A DNA stretch of 40,007 nucleotides from an uncultured Candidatus Poseidoniales archaeon (GCA_964015895.1 CAXHFO010000001.1:1-40007); one strand, 5' to 3'; counted from the first letter of the stretch, positions 26,120 to 35,525 are shown. The notes: a model not told the origin generated them from the sequence alone. Translations and numbers: made by a program.

Positions 26120-26419
26120 GAGGGAGTAGGGAGTAAGCCCCTTTCTGTTGCCTTGCGGTGGCTGCATTCAACTAAGCATCCTACCTGTTCCTAGACGCGC
26201 AATCTCAATGGAACTACTTGGACTTGCTCCTGTGCGGTTGCTCGTTTCATCGATAATAAGGAAACCTCTGTCTTGCAACATCATTGTACCACCCTTATCT
26301 CGTTCGTTTCTATTGCATTGACCTAACCATCTCTGATTTCTCTCTTCTGTGAGGCACATGCGCTATGGAGAGGGGACTTTCCTCAGAGTCTAACTCTGTC
26401 AGCAGCCCTCCTACTCCCT
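26120..26419 (-). ncRNA. rnpB: RNase P RNA (archaeal, type-A-like)
   Basis: Minus strand carries CR-I GAGGAAAGTCC (26373..26383) and CR-V ACAGAAAGGGGCTTA (26134..26148). The terminal P1 helix has 11 contiguous pairs (26409..26419 with 26120..26130). The region is locally GC-rich within an AT-rich contig. Confidence 0.9.
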
Positions 26420-26459
26420 CGGTTTATCTAATTACGAAAATGATTTGAAGGCTTCGTAA

Positions 26460-29400
26460 TCATCGATACGGATTATCGCCAGGTGAAGTAACAACCTGTT
26501 GTTGAGCATAATGTGAAGTTTGTTGGGGCATTGGTATTTGTCCTGTTGCCTTTTGATAATTTTTATCTGGTGCTAATCTTTGATTATTACTGGCATTGGG
26601 AGTTCTTAATCCGAACACTATCAAGCCAATCAAAGAGGCGATTAATAAGAAAATTACAATCAACAATACAGGGTTAATTTCAGCAATCCCTCCGAAGAAA
26701 CCATCTGATTCTCCATCACTGGCATAGAATGTTTCAGTTTGTGAATTGGGGCCTCCAACTATGATAAACTCTATCCACATTGAACCATCTCTATCTGGGG
26801 TCCAGCGATGATTAAAGAATCCACTTCCGCCAGATTGTACTTTGACTTCTTGGGTATGAATAATCGTTCTAGCTCCATTGCTTTCTACTCTTTCCACTCT
26901 GAGTTGGGCAAAGCCATCTGATTGGCCAATGTTTTGAATTACCACAGATAAATCTAGAGGAGTGCCAACATTAACATCATTATTGGTGCCAATAGACGGT
27001 TGGGTAAGTACGTACTCAGGCAACTGTTGTTCAAGTTGCCATACCGCAAATGGTGAAAAGATTTCATTAGATACTGAACCGAAAGTATTTCCAGCCATAT
27101 CACTGCCACTAATCCATATCCTCAATTCCAAAGATTCTGTTCTGGTTTCCGCAGGTATTACTGAATCAAGATCTATACTTATTTCAGCATTTATCATATT
27201 ACCAAATGGTTGACCGCCCAGTATTTGAATTAAGTCAGTACCATTAGCAATGCTTGATGAGGCAAATCCAAATCCTGAGCGGTGTACTTCCCAACTAAGA
27301 GATACAGATTCTTGATCCAAGAATAAGTTCTCGGACAACATGAATTTTAGTGTTAAGTCACTCCACTGATTTTCTTTTATCTCTTCGCTTAAACGAGGAG
27401 ACTCTATATTAACAATTGATGGTGCTTCATCATCGACAATAAACCACAATAATGGAGATGATGGAGGAGTTATTGAGGCCCCATTTGGCGCATTGAGTAA
27501 TGAAATATCAAGTGCGTAATTTCCGGTAGATGCTGGGCTAATTATCGTGCCGTTGAACATACTCGAGGAGTATTCTACATTCGCAATATTTAATCCAAGG
27601 TTATACATTAATTGTAAGTCTTGGTTTACAGTTCTGCCAGTTTTAATCCATTCTAGTTTTCCACTGATGTCAATTTCTTCTCTAGCCATTACCCATGCAC
27701 CACTACTGGAGTCATTATTTCCAATAATTGAGTATTCGATGCTGCTTTGGTCGACAGACATCTCTCCAGAGTAACGCCAATTTAACTCTGTCAACTGAAT
27801 AACTGTTGATTGACCTTTTAGATCAGTTAAAATCAAATTGGGGGTTCTAACAACGCTATCATCCGGGTCAAAGCCCCACTTAAGTTGAAAGGTGACAGAA
27901 AATTTTCCAGAATTGGTAAACAATCCTGTCCCTGTATCTCCAATCATAGAACATGTCAAAATTTCAATATATAGAGTTGATGAAGAGCAAATATCCGTTT
28001 GGCGATTCCAAAAGATAGTCGAAGAATCTGGTTGGTTGATTGATAGGTCAAACTCTATGTCAGTAATATCTGTGACTCCATTTTTATCCCAAACTGGAAT
28101 CTGTATACTTATATTTTCGCCGGGATGTAGCCATGGTAAGTTACCAAATTCCCAAGCGAGTTCAGAATAACCGAGTTGTGGTGAACCATCACTACTGATT
28201 AAAAGATTGAATAACGGATTTGTCAAATTACCAGATTTAGGCAATACATTTCCTGCTGAGTCTGCAACCGTTATCCAACCTCTAACATAACCTCCATCCG
28301 GAGCAGAAGATGTGTCTAAACTGTAAGAATATACACCTTCTAGTGTCATCAAGTTATCGGGCATGTGGAGTTCTTTTGTGGAAAACTCTCCCAAATCTAT
28401 TTCTTCGTTCATATTAATATCGTCTACCCAGGAACGCCAGATATTAATTTCAGCTTGTGAAGGTAAAACTGGCCGGTCGGTGATAGTAAATTCTAACACT
28501 TTAGAAGGACTAGATTCAAAGTGATCAAATTGATCCACATTCATGTAAAGTAATTGTGGTGAAACTGAATCAAAACCAAATTCAATTTGTCTAGGGACTT
28601 CATAACTAACATCTTGGTTCTTCAACGGCAGGACATCAATTTCCAAGTTAACATCTTCTCCAATAGATGGAACTACCCATTGAATCGATGCGACTCCATC
28701 ATTAATTATTGTTGAAGAACCGTATTCGTTGCCTTCCACTAGTAACCTAACAAGTGCATGCCCTGTTCGTGGAGATGTACCTTCATTACCCTCAAAACCG
28801 AGATGTACTTTGACAGTTACTGGCTCACCTTTCTTTAGATATGGATAGTTAATATCAGAACCAAAGCCATTTAATCCAACTACTTCCCAGTCTTTTACCG
28901 AAATATCATTTTCGACTCCTAATGAATTACCTAGTCCAAATGATTTGCTAACAGGCAACATTGGTCCGGAACTGGAAACCAAATTTGTTGAAACTACTAA
29001 GAATTCTTCATCATCCCATTCTACCGGGAATTTGAAACGGTGAGTTATTTCTAACAACGCTGCTGAATCTGTCATCATAACAGCACCATTGGTGCCTAAG
29101 TCTGACCAAATCAGTTCAACACCACTATTTATGCAACTACTAACTGCTGGGCCAATTATTGGTAATGCTAAGGTTGAACATCTCAATTGGGCTGAATTTT
29201 CTTTACCGATTAAATTAAAGTCTACTAACCAAGAGTTAGCTCTAGCATAATCATATGGATTGGAGATTCCGACTGTTGAGAAATCAAAAGTACTTTTTAC
29301 ATCAATCCAATTCATCGATGGAGTAAATGTGTCTGTAACGTTAGATACGGTAATAGATACTGGGCTAATAGAAGGTGAATAAGTTAGCGAATTGACAATT

Positions 29401-31445
29401 ATTTTGATTGAACCTGTACTAGCCATTCTTACTGGAATGGTAATTTCTCTTAGTCCATTGGCGGCAACAGAATTCATCAATCCATTATTAATTCCGATTA
29501 TTAACGGGTCGGTTCCCGCAAAGTCAAGATTCAATACCCCTTCATAAGTTGCCATAAATCCTCCAGCATGGAGACTTGTCGCTGTGCTGGAAGAGCCCAA
29601 TTTAACTGTTAACTCTGCTAATTTAAAACCATTTAGGTCGAGGTCTGCAGGCGATTGTGTTAGCATATTGTTGATATCAGAAAGTTGGGATGGGTTCATA
29701 CGGATTGTAGTTGTTGAAGAAAAATCATCTAACGAACTTGTCAAGATGTCTTGGGAACCTATTGAAACTGTCAAGAAGGGATTGACGAAAGGTGTATTAG
29801 GGCTAGCAACTGCGAATTCAAAATTATCAATACCCGAGATTGGCAAATAAATCGGAAATTCTGCTGGTGAAGAAGCTGTTGATTGCTTTACAGACCAAAA
29901 AGCGCCATCAGAAAGACGTTCTTGTAATCCCATTTTCCCAACTCCTATTTTATCCATAGTCCAATCCGCAATGTTATCAAGTCCAATATCTAATTCTAAT
30001 CCCTCAACAACACTTGTTCTTACCATTTCAACAGATAATTTTTCCAAAACCCAATTATTCCCATTTCCTGCCACTTTTAGCACGACGTCAAAATGAGGTT
30101 TATCGAATGAAATAAGAGTATTATTTGGTAGTTGATTCCAACTCGCACCAGAATTTAATGAATATTGTAGTTGTGCTGATCCTGTTAGATATGACTGAGA
30201 TTTAATCCCGACAAATCCACTACGCATGTAATATTCTGTAGTTTGTACTGAACCTGAACCACTAATCTGTCCTGAACTCCATGAACTGCCGCTAATGGAC
30301 CAGCCTTTTGACGCAGGATTTGTGTCAAAATCATCCTCAATTAAACCATCAAAATGGATACCGTGAATTACTGGAAGTGAACCAGTTGTAGTTGCCATAT
30401 CAATCTGCATCTTGACCAGTGGATAAGTTTTCCAATCTAGAATACCAAAATCCATTTCTGTAACTGTAAGTTCACTAAAACCAGGTATTATTTGGTTATT
30501 AGATGCATCCAATAGACTCCATTCAAAATCAGAATCGAGAGGAATATATGCATCCATGTACATGAAACCATAAGACCTAGGCTCACCTTGACCACTTAAA
30601 GACGGACCAAAAGCAGGAGAGGTCCAGGAACCGATACCGTTTCCAGCTCCGCCTGTAGGGGTGATTGTAATATCATCAATCCAAGCGGTATCTGAACCTG
30701 AATTCACACTACCATCCTTGGCATATTTCCAAGTTAGAGTTTGAACATTTGCTGCGATTGTGAAAGAGTGTGTACCACTAGTGACTCCGGACCAGCGTTG
30801 ATTATAGCCACTTGACCTTGTGCAACCGGTGTTATCAATACAGAATACTAGGTAGTCAAAACTACTTTCCGAAGATACCTCATACAAAAATTCTCCAGAC
30901 CCTGCTGGAATACCAGATACGTCTAAACTGATTGACGTTTCTTGACTGCTTGAAATTGTGCCTGCCTTCGCTGTTTGTGAACCGGCCAAGACTTTGCTGT
31001 TTTGAATTTGCCAGTTTGATACTCCACCGAGTCTCCATTCAGGTCCAAATGTACCGCTTTCAAAATCCCATGACCATTCTTGTGGTAATAATGACAAAGA
31101 ACTGGTATTTACATTGACACCTTGAAATGAACTTGAACTGGAGAAATCACTAGCATCTGTGAATGAATAAGCTGTAGACGTGGACAGGGAAGATGGTTCC
31201 ATATCAATACTCATTGTTTGAACTACTTGGCCGTCTGGCACTGCCACAGAAACTTTCTCTACCGCGCCATCAGGATATGAACCAATTGACACTGTAGTAG
31301 ACTGGCCAAGTGGAGTTGCTTGATTAGTGATGATTTCTTCAGTAAACTGTTCTTCTTGATTATCAAAATAATACATTTGGGTAGAGATTGCGAAAATCAA
31401 GAGCATTGTAATCGCCAAAACTTTGCCGCCCACTGTGCCCCCCAT
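26460..31445 (-). CDS. Giant (about 1660 aa) type-I membrane surface protein: N-terminal anchor/signal, beta-sandwich modules, CARDB-like domain, TM, Gln/Pro-rich cytoplasmic tail
   Basis: N-terminal hydrophobic KVLAITMLLIFAIS. Jelly-roll-like module ...GEFLYEVSSESSFDYLVFCIDN...TWKYAKDGSVNSGSDTAWIDDITI. CARDB-like VGTPLDLSVVIQNIGQSDGFAQLRVERV. TM LLIVIFLLIASLIGLIVFGL, then a tail of about 50 aa. The track offers an alternative GTG start at 31466. Confidence 0.8.
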   Translation of the reverse strand: MGGTVGGKVLAITMLLIFAISTQMYYFDNQEEQFTEEIITNQATPLGQSTTVSIGSYPDGAVEKVSVAVPDGQVVQTMSIDMEPSSLSTSTAYSFTDASDFSSSSSFQGVNVNTSSLSLLPQEWSWDFESGTFGPEWRLGGVSNWQIQNSKVLAGSQTAKAGTISSSQETSISLDVSGIPAGSGEFLYEVSSESSFDYLVFCIDNTGCTRSSGYNQRWSGVTSGTHSFTIAANVQTLTWKYAKDGSVNSGSDTAWIDDITITPTGGAGNGIGSWTSPAFGPSLSGQGEPRSYGFMYMDAYIPLDSDFEWSLLDASNNQIIPGFSELTVTEMDFGILDWKTYPLVKMQIDMATTTGSLPVIHGIHFDGLIEDDFDTNPASKGWSISGSSWSSGQISGSGSVQTTEYYMRSGFVGIKSQSYLTGSAQLQYSLNSGASWNQLPNNTLISFDKPHFDVVLKVAGNGNNWVLEKLSVEMVRTSVVEGLELDIGLDNIADWTMDKIGVGKMGLQERLSDGAFWSVKQSTASSPAEFPIYLPISGIDNFEFAVASPNTPFVNPFLTVSIGSQDILTSSLDDFSSTTTIRMNPSQLSDINNMLTQSPADLDLNGFKLAELTVKLGSSSTATSLHAGGFMATYEGVLNLDFAGTDPLIIGINNGLMNSVAANGLREITIPVRMASTGSIKIIVNSLTYSPSISPVSITVSNVTDTFTPSMNWIDVKSTFDFSTVGISNPYDYARANSWLVDFNLIGKENSAQLRCSTLALPIIGPAVSSCINSGVELIWSDLGTNGAVMMTDSAALLEITHRFKFPVEWDDEEFLVVSTNLVSSSGPMLPVSKSFGLGNSLGVENDISVKDWEVVGLNGFGSDINYPYLKKGEPVTVKVHLGFEGNEGTSPRTGHALVRLLVEGNEYGSSTIINDGVASIQWVVPSIGEDVNLEIDVLPLKNQDVSYEVPRQIEFGFDSVSPQLLYMNVDQFDHFESSPSKVLEFTITDRPVLPSQAEINIWRSWVDDINMNEEIDLGEFSTKELHMPDNLMTLEGVYSYSLDTSSAPDGGYVRGWITVADSAGNVLPKSGNLTNPLFNLLISSDGSPQLGYSELAWEFGNLPWLHPGENISIQIPVWDKNGVTDITDIEFDLSINQPDSSTIFWNRQTDICSSSTLYIEILTCSMIGDTGTGLFTNSGKFSVTFQLKWGFDPDDSVVRTPNLILTDLKGQSTVIQLTELNWRYSGEMSVDQSSIEYSIIGNNDSSSGAWVMAREEIDISGKLEWIKTGRTVNQDLQLMYNLGLNIANVEYSSSMFNGTIISPASTGNYALDISLLNAPNGASITPPSSPLLWFIVDDEAPSIVNIESPRLSEEIKENQWSDLTLKFMLSENLFLDQESVSLSWEVHRSGFGFASSSIANGTDLIQILGGQPFGNMINAEISIDLDSVIPAETRTESLELRIWISGSDMAGNTFGSVSNEIFSPFAVWQLEQQLPEYVLTQPSIGTNNDVNVGTPLDLSVVIQNIGQSDGFAQLRVERVESNGARTIIHTQEVKVQSGGSGFFNHRWTPDRDGSMWIEFIIVGGPNSQTETFYASDGESDGFFGGIAEINPVLLIVIFLLIASLIGLIVFGLRTPNASNNQRLAPDKNYQKATGQIPMPQQTSHYAQQQVVTSPGDNPYR

Positions 31446-31543
31446 GAGAATAGTACGAAATATCACAGGTCAAAACCTTTCTCCATAAAATCCGAAAAAT
31501 AGCCAAACGCAATACTCAATAGCCTGCTTATTTGTCAACAGCC

Positions 31544-32251
31544 ATGGACAAGGTTGAACAACTCAAGCAGCAAGCAGGAATTGCTGCTTGTAAATACGTC
31601 AAATCTGGTATGAAAGTTGGTTTAGGAACTGGTTCAACTGTCAAATATACTGTGCTTGAACTAGGTAGAATGATTGCCGAGGAAAGTATGGAGATTGTTG
31701 GAGTACCAACCTCTTTAGCCACTCAAAAGCTTGCTATTGAAGTTGGAATACCGCTTGTTGAATTATCTGATTGTACACATTTGGACATTGTTATAGATGG
31801 CGCAGATGAATTTGACCCTGAATTTAATCTAATTAAGGGCGGAGGTGCTGCTTTACTTAGAGAAAAGATAGTCGCTCAAGAATCTAAGGCAATGGTTGTT
31901 GTAGCAGATCAAAGAAAACAAGTAGATGCTCTTGGGGCGTTTCCGTTACCAATAGAAATTACACCATTTTCATTTGAAGCAACAATTAGACAACTTTCCC
32001 GCTTACTTGATTGCCGAGTTAATTGTCGAATGTCAGGTGATAATCCAGTAATTACGGATAATGGGAATTATATCGCAGATGCCCATTGTGGCCCTACCTT
32101 AACAAATCCAAATCAAACGGAGGTCGAAGTTCTCAAAATAGCCGGGGTAGTCCAAGTTGGGTTATTCAACGAAATGTGCGATGCGGTTATCTTAGCCAAC
32201 AATAGTGGTGTAGAATTGCTTGTTAATCCAAAAGGTAGACTTGTTGAATAG
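31544..32251 (+). CDS. rpiA: Ribose-5-phosphate isomerase A
   Basis: GLGTGSTVKY, IDGADE and KGGGAALLREKI are RpiA signatures. ATG at 31544. The track start is a TTG at 31532. Confidence 0.9.
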   Translation: MDKVEQLKQQAGIAACKYVKSGMKVGLGTGSTVKYTVLELGRMIAEESMEIVGVPTSLATQKLAIEVGIPLVELSDCTHLDIVIDGADEFDPEFNLIKGGGAALLREKIVAQESKAMVVVADQRKQVDALGAFPLPIEITPFSFEATIRQLSRLLDCRVNCRMSGDNPVITDNGNYIADAHCGPTLTNPNQTEVEVLKIAGVVQVGLFNEMCDAVILANNSGVELLVNPKGRLVE

Positions 32252-32269
32252 TAATTCTTCGATGAAAAA

Positions 32270-32276
32270 TTAAATA
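32270..32276 (+). promoter_or_regulatory. TATA-box-like TTAAATA upstream of tRNA-Lys
   Basis: It lies 22-28 nt upstream of the tRNA 5' end, the usual archaeal TATA distance. This rests on sequence resemblance only. Confidence 0.35.
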
Positions 32277-32297
32277 CGAAGTGTGGCAGGGCGAAGT

Positions 32298-32374
32298 GGG
32301 CCTGTAGCTTAGTCAGGTAGAGCGACGGACTCTTAATCCGTCGGTCGCGGGTTCGAACCCCGTCAGGCCCGCCA
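32298..32374 (+). tRNA. tRNA-Lys (anticodon CUU) with encoded CCA
   Basis: Manual cloverleaf: acceptor GGGCCTG/CAGGCCC, D stem GCTT/GAGC, anticodon stem ACGGA/TCCGT, loop CTCTTAA, T arm GCGGG-TTCGAAC-CCCGT, discriminator G, CCA. Confidence 0.93.
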
Positions 32375-32656
32375 GTCCAAAACTGCAATTACGGTAGAGA
32401 TATTGATTGAACCAAAGTTATGAGAATCATTACTGGCGCTAGGATCTGGATTATCTCCTTCGACAAATAACAAATCCTCATCGATAGACTTTACCCGTTT
32501 TATCAAAATATTTTTCTTGTCAAATGGACTAGGGAAAACGATAATTTGCCCCTGTAAGACAGTCTCGCCTTGATAAAAGTTACAAGTAACTACATCACCA
32601 TCTTTGAGAGTAGGCCACATACTATCACCCCGAACGGTGACAGATAATTGTTCCAT
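32363..32656 (-). CDS. sodX: S26-family peptidase, NiSOD maturation protease SodX-like
   Basis: VRGDSMWPTLKDGD carries the catalytic Ser motif and ILIKRVKSI the Lys. The protein is small (97 aa) and lies immediately downstream of sodN. Its last codons overlap the 3' end of tRNA-Lys on the opposite strand. Confidence 0.75.
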   Translation of the reverse strand: MEQLSVTVRGDSMWPTLKDGDVVTCNFYQGETVLQGQIIVFPSPFDKKNILIKRVKSIDEDLLFVEGDNPDPSASNDSHNFGSINISTVIAVLDWRA

Positions 32657-32660
32657 AAAA

Positions 32661-33125
32661 TCAACTAGCGCGAATCCAAGGGACTTCTCGCCCCTTTACT
32701 TGCCAAAACATGTTATGAATTGCCTCTACAGCATCCATAAGTTCTTGCGCATGTTCTGAGGAAACCTCAACCTTGCACGCACTGCATAGTTTAGCGGCCT
32801 GCCAAAACACGTTGTGAAGATCTGGATTGTCTTCCAGGTGTTGCGGTTTGAAAAAGTCAGTCCATAAGACCAATAATTCTTCTTTACACTTATGTGCTTC
32901 TTCTTCTTTGATTGCCGCATATCTACTCATGGTATTGATGTATGCTGCAGAGCCACAATCTGTTGAATGATTGGCTGCTAGAGTTAACATCTTTTTAGTC
33001 ATTGATTGTACTGCTTCTGCTGCAACTCTTGCGCTAGCTGGGTCATATACACCACACGGGCCGTCACAATGTGCGTTTGCTTCTATTGCTGTCATAATTC
33101 TAACCAAGAGCAATCGATTTATCAA
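32661..33125 (-). CDS. sodN: Nickel-containing superoxide dismutase precursor
   Basis: The nickel hook HCDGPCGVYDP lies directly after a short leader (MTAIEANA or the longer MINRLLLVRIMTAIEANA). A four-helix-bundle-sized body follows. The start could be either ATG. Confidence 0.85.
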   Translation of the reverse strand: MINRLLLVRIMTAIEANAHCDGPCGVYDPASARVAAEAVQSMTKKMLTLAANHSTDCGSAAYINTMSRYAAIKEEEAHKCKEELLVLWTDFFKPQHLEDNPDLHNVFWQAAKLCSACKVEVSSEHAQELMDAVEAIHNMFWQVKGREVPWIRAS

Positions 33126-33134
33126 TCTGTGGTT

Positions 33135-34046
33135 TCACTTAGACAGTATTGTTGTTCCTGATTCCCCTCGAAGAGATTTCAAAGCATCGCCTGGCTGGCA
33201 TAATATTGCAGTAAGAGCAGGATTGTGTAAACATGCTTCCATTAAACTACCAATCTTTGGCCCCATAGACCCCTTAGGGAATTCACCTTGCTCCATGTAT
33301 TGTTCACACTGATCAATCGTGAGTTGTTGGTGTGACTTTTCATTTGGAGTCCCAAAACCAGTCTTTACAGAATCAACAGCAGTGGAAATAATCAATGCAT
33401 CAGCGCTTAGTTTTATCGCGATTAGCGATGAAAGGCGATCTTTATCAATTACTGCGGGAACACCAACATAGTGGTTTTCTTGCTTTACTACAGGTATCCC
33501 TCCTCCACCTCCACAGATAACTACGGCTCTGAGTTCAACTAATTTTTTAATCACTTCAATATCTAAAACATTCATCGGTAGAGGACTGGCAACAACCCTT
33601 CTTGGCCCATTGGCTGTTTCTGCAATATCCCAATCAGCAGTCATCACAACACTATCAGACAAGATAGGGCCTACTGGTTTTGTTGGAAGTTGAAATCCTG
33701 CGTCGTTAATGTCAACCTCAACTCTAGTGACAATACAAACAGTTCTTTCTGGTCGTCGCCGCTTCATCAAAATCGAATCAAGATTTAATGCTAAAGAGTG
33801 ACCAATCATCCCTTGTGTTGCTGAAACCCAACTATCCATCGTGTGCGAGAAATTCTCGTCCAATTGCATCAGGTGCCCAACTTGTGGCCCATTTCCATGA
33901 GTGAGAATCACACTCCAACCTGATTCTAATAAGTCGACTACATCACTCATAACTCGGGCTAGAGTTTCCTCGGCTTCACCCGATTTTGTCGCAGATGGAT
34001 TTTGCAGTGCATTGCCGCCAATTGCATAGACTACCACCTTCTGCAT
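33135..34046 (-). CDS. arcC: Carbamate kinase
   Basis: VVYAIGGNAL, ILTHGNGPQVG and ICGGGGGIPV are carbamate kinase (amino-acid kinase family) motifs. Confidence 0.85.
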   Translation of the reverse strand: MQKVVVYAIGGNALQNPSATKSGEAEETLARVMSDVVDLLESGWSVILTHGNGPQVGHLMQLDENFSHTMDSWVSATQGMIGHSLALNLDSILMKRRRPERTVCIVTRVEVDINDAGFQLPTKPVGPILSDSVVMTADWDIAETANGPRRVVASPLPMNVLDIEVIKKLVELRAVVICGGGGGIPVVKQENHYVGVPAVIDKDRLSSLIAIKLSADALIISTAVDSVKTGFGTPNEKSHQQLTIDQCEQYMEQGEFPKGSMGPKIGSLMEACLHNPALTAILCQPGDALKSLRGESGTTILSK

Positions 34047-34178
34047 GAAATATGCTTACTAGTGACTAGTTTGAGGTTTTCTGTCAATTAAACAATGAAA
34101 CAGTCATTTTGAATCTAAGTTTGTCTGTTGAAGGGTGAATTTCAATTACCGGACATTATACGGAGTATTGGTGAGGAT

Positions 34179-35525
34179 ATGAAGACAATTTGGATTTCGG
34201 ATGTACTTAATGGTAAATTTGATGGTCAAAATATTGAATTGAAAGGTTGGATAAAGCGTTCACGTGGCTCTAATAAAATCCGCTTTTTAGTCCTTAGAGA
34301 CTCCACTGGGTCAATACAATGTGTTGGGAAAAAGGATACGTTGGGAGAAGATGCTTTTGAGCAATTAAAGTCTGCATTAATAGAATCATCAATCATAATC
34401 AATGGGGTAGTAAATCCTGATGAAAGGGCTGATGGCGGATATGAATTAGTAATTCAATCTATAGAAATTATTGGTCCTGTTAACCCAGAGACGCCATTCC
34501 CAATTACTGAATCAGCAATGGCTGCAGCAGATGGCGGAGAAACTGAATTTCTGTTAGATAATCGTCATCTGTATCTTCGCACATCAAGGATGACCACGAT
34601 GCTGAAAATTAGAAGTTCGGTTTTTGGTGCCATTCACTCATATTTTAGAGACCAAGATTTCATTGAATATCAAGCTCCTAATTTTGTTGCAGGGGCAGTT
34701 GAAGGTGGCTCAACACTTTTTGAAGTACCATATTTCCCTACCGAAAAGAATCCGGAGAGGAAAGCCTATCTTACCCAGTCATGGCAATTATACGCTGAAG
34801 CAGCTATGCCCGCCCTTGAAAGGCTCTATACCATTGCCCCATCATTTAGGGCTGAAAAATCCCGTACTAGAAGGCATTTAACTGAGTTCTGGCATGCTGA
34901 AATGGAAGTTGCATGGGCTAATAATCATGAAATTATGAGTTATGGTGAGGGCGTAGTTAGAAAAATTGCCAACACATTGTTGGAGGAACGGAGTGCAGAA
35001 TTGGAATCTCTTGACCGAGACTTAGAAACAATTGCTCGTTATGCAGATTCAAAGTTCCCAAGAATCAGATATGATGAGGCGGTAGAAACACTGCAAGGTA
35101 TGGGAGTTGAAATTGAATGGGGACAAGATTTAGATTATTCCAAGGAGAAGGTATTGACCCAGGATTTTGATGTACCTCATTTCCTAACTCATTATCCTAA
35201 GATTGCTAAGCCATTCTATCACCGTGTCGACCCAGATGATGGGAATTATGTTTTGTGCCATGATCTACTGGCACCTGAAGGATATGGCGAAATTATCGGT
35301 GGTGGCGAAAGAACATGGTCAGAAGAAGAAATTCTGGCTCGTATTGATGAAGAAGGCACGCCAAGGGAGCCGTACCAATTTTACATCGACACAAGAACTT
35401 ACGGTGGAGTTCCACATGGTGGATTTGGACTCGGTGTTGACAGAGTATGCTCTTGGTTAACTGGGGCAGACCACATTAGGGAAGTAATACCATTTCCTAG
35501 AGATTCACGAAGAATTACTCCTTGA
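34179..35525 (+). CDS. asnS: Asparagine--tRNA ligase (class IIb)
   Basis: N-terminal OB domain. Motif 2 FRAEKSRTRRHLTEFWHAEMEVAW, where EFW is typical of AsnRS. DLLAPEGYGEIIGGGER. Motif 3 GGFGLGVDRV. ATG at 34179. The track start is a TTG at 34128. Confidence 0.8.
   Translation: MKTIWISDVLNGKFDGQNIELKGWIKRSRGSNKIRFLVLRDSTGSIQCVGKKDTLGEDAFEQLKSALIESSIIINGVVNPDERADGGYELVIQSIEIIGPVNPETPFPITESAMAAADGGETEFLLDNRHLYLRTSRMTTMLKIRSSVFGAIHSYFRDQDFIEYQAPNFVAGAVEGGSTLFEVPYFPTEKNPERKAYLTQSWQLYAEAAMPALERLYTIAPSFRAEKSRTRRHLTEFWHAEMEVAWANNHEIMSYGEGVVRKIANTLLEERSAELESLDRDLETIARYADSKFPRIRYDEAVETLQGMGVEIEWGQDLDYSKEKVLTQDFDVPHFLTHYPKIAKPFYHRVDPDDGNYVLCHDLLAPEGYGEIIGGGERTWSEEEILARIDEEGTPREPYQFYIDTRTYGGVPHGGFGLGVDRVCSWLTGADHIREVIPFPRDSRRITP

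Noticed and set aside
26168-26359. 63-aa minus-strand ORF from the track
   Set aside because: It lies entirely inside the RNase P RNA (CR-I/CR-V motifs and the P1 helix flank it). It is a GC-rich structural RNA, not coding.
26962-31117. Plus-strand ORFs inside the giant surface-protein gene
   Set aside because: They are short shadow frames within a continuous 5-kb ORF.
32113-32388. 91-aa minus-strand ORF across tRNA-Lys
   Set aside because: It covers a perfect cloverleaf tRNA and the end of rpiA.
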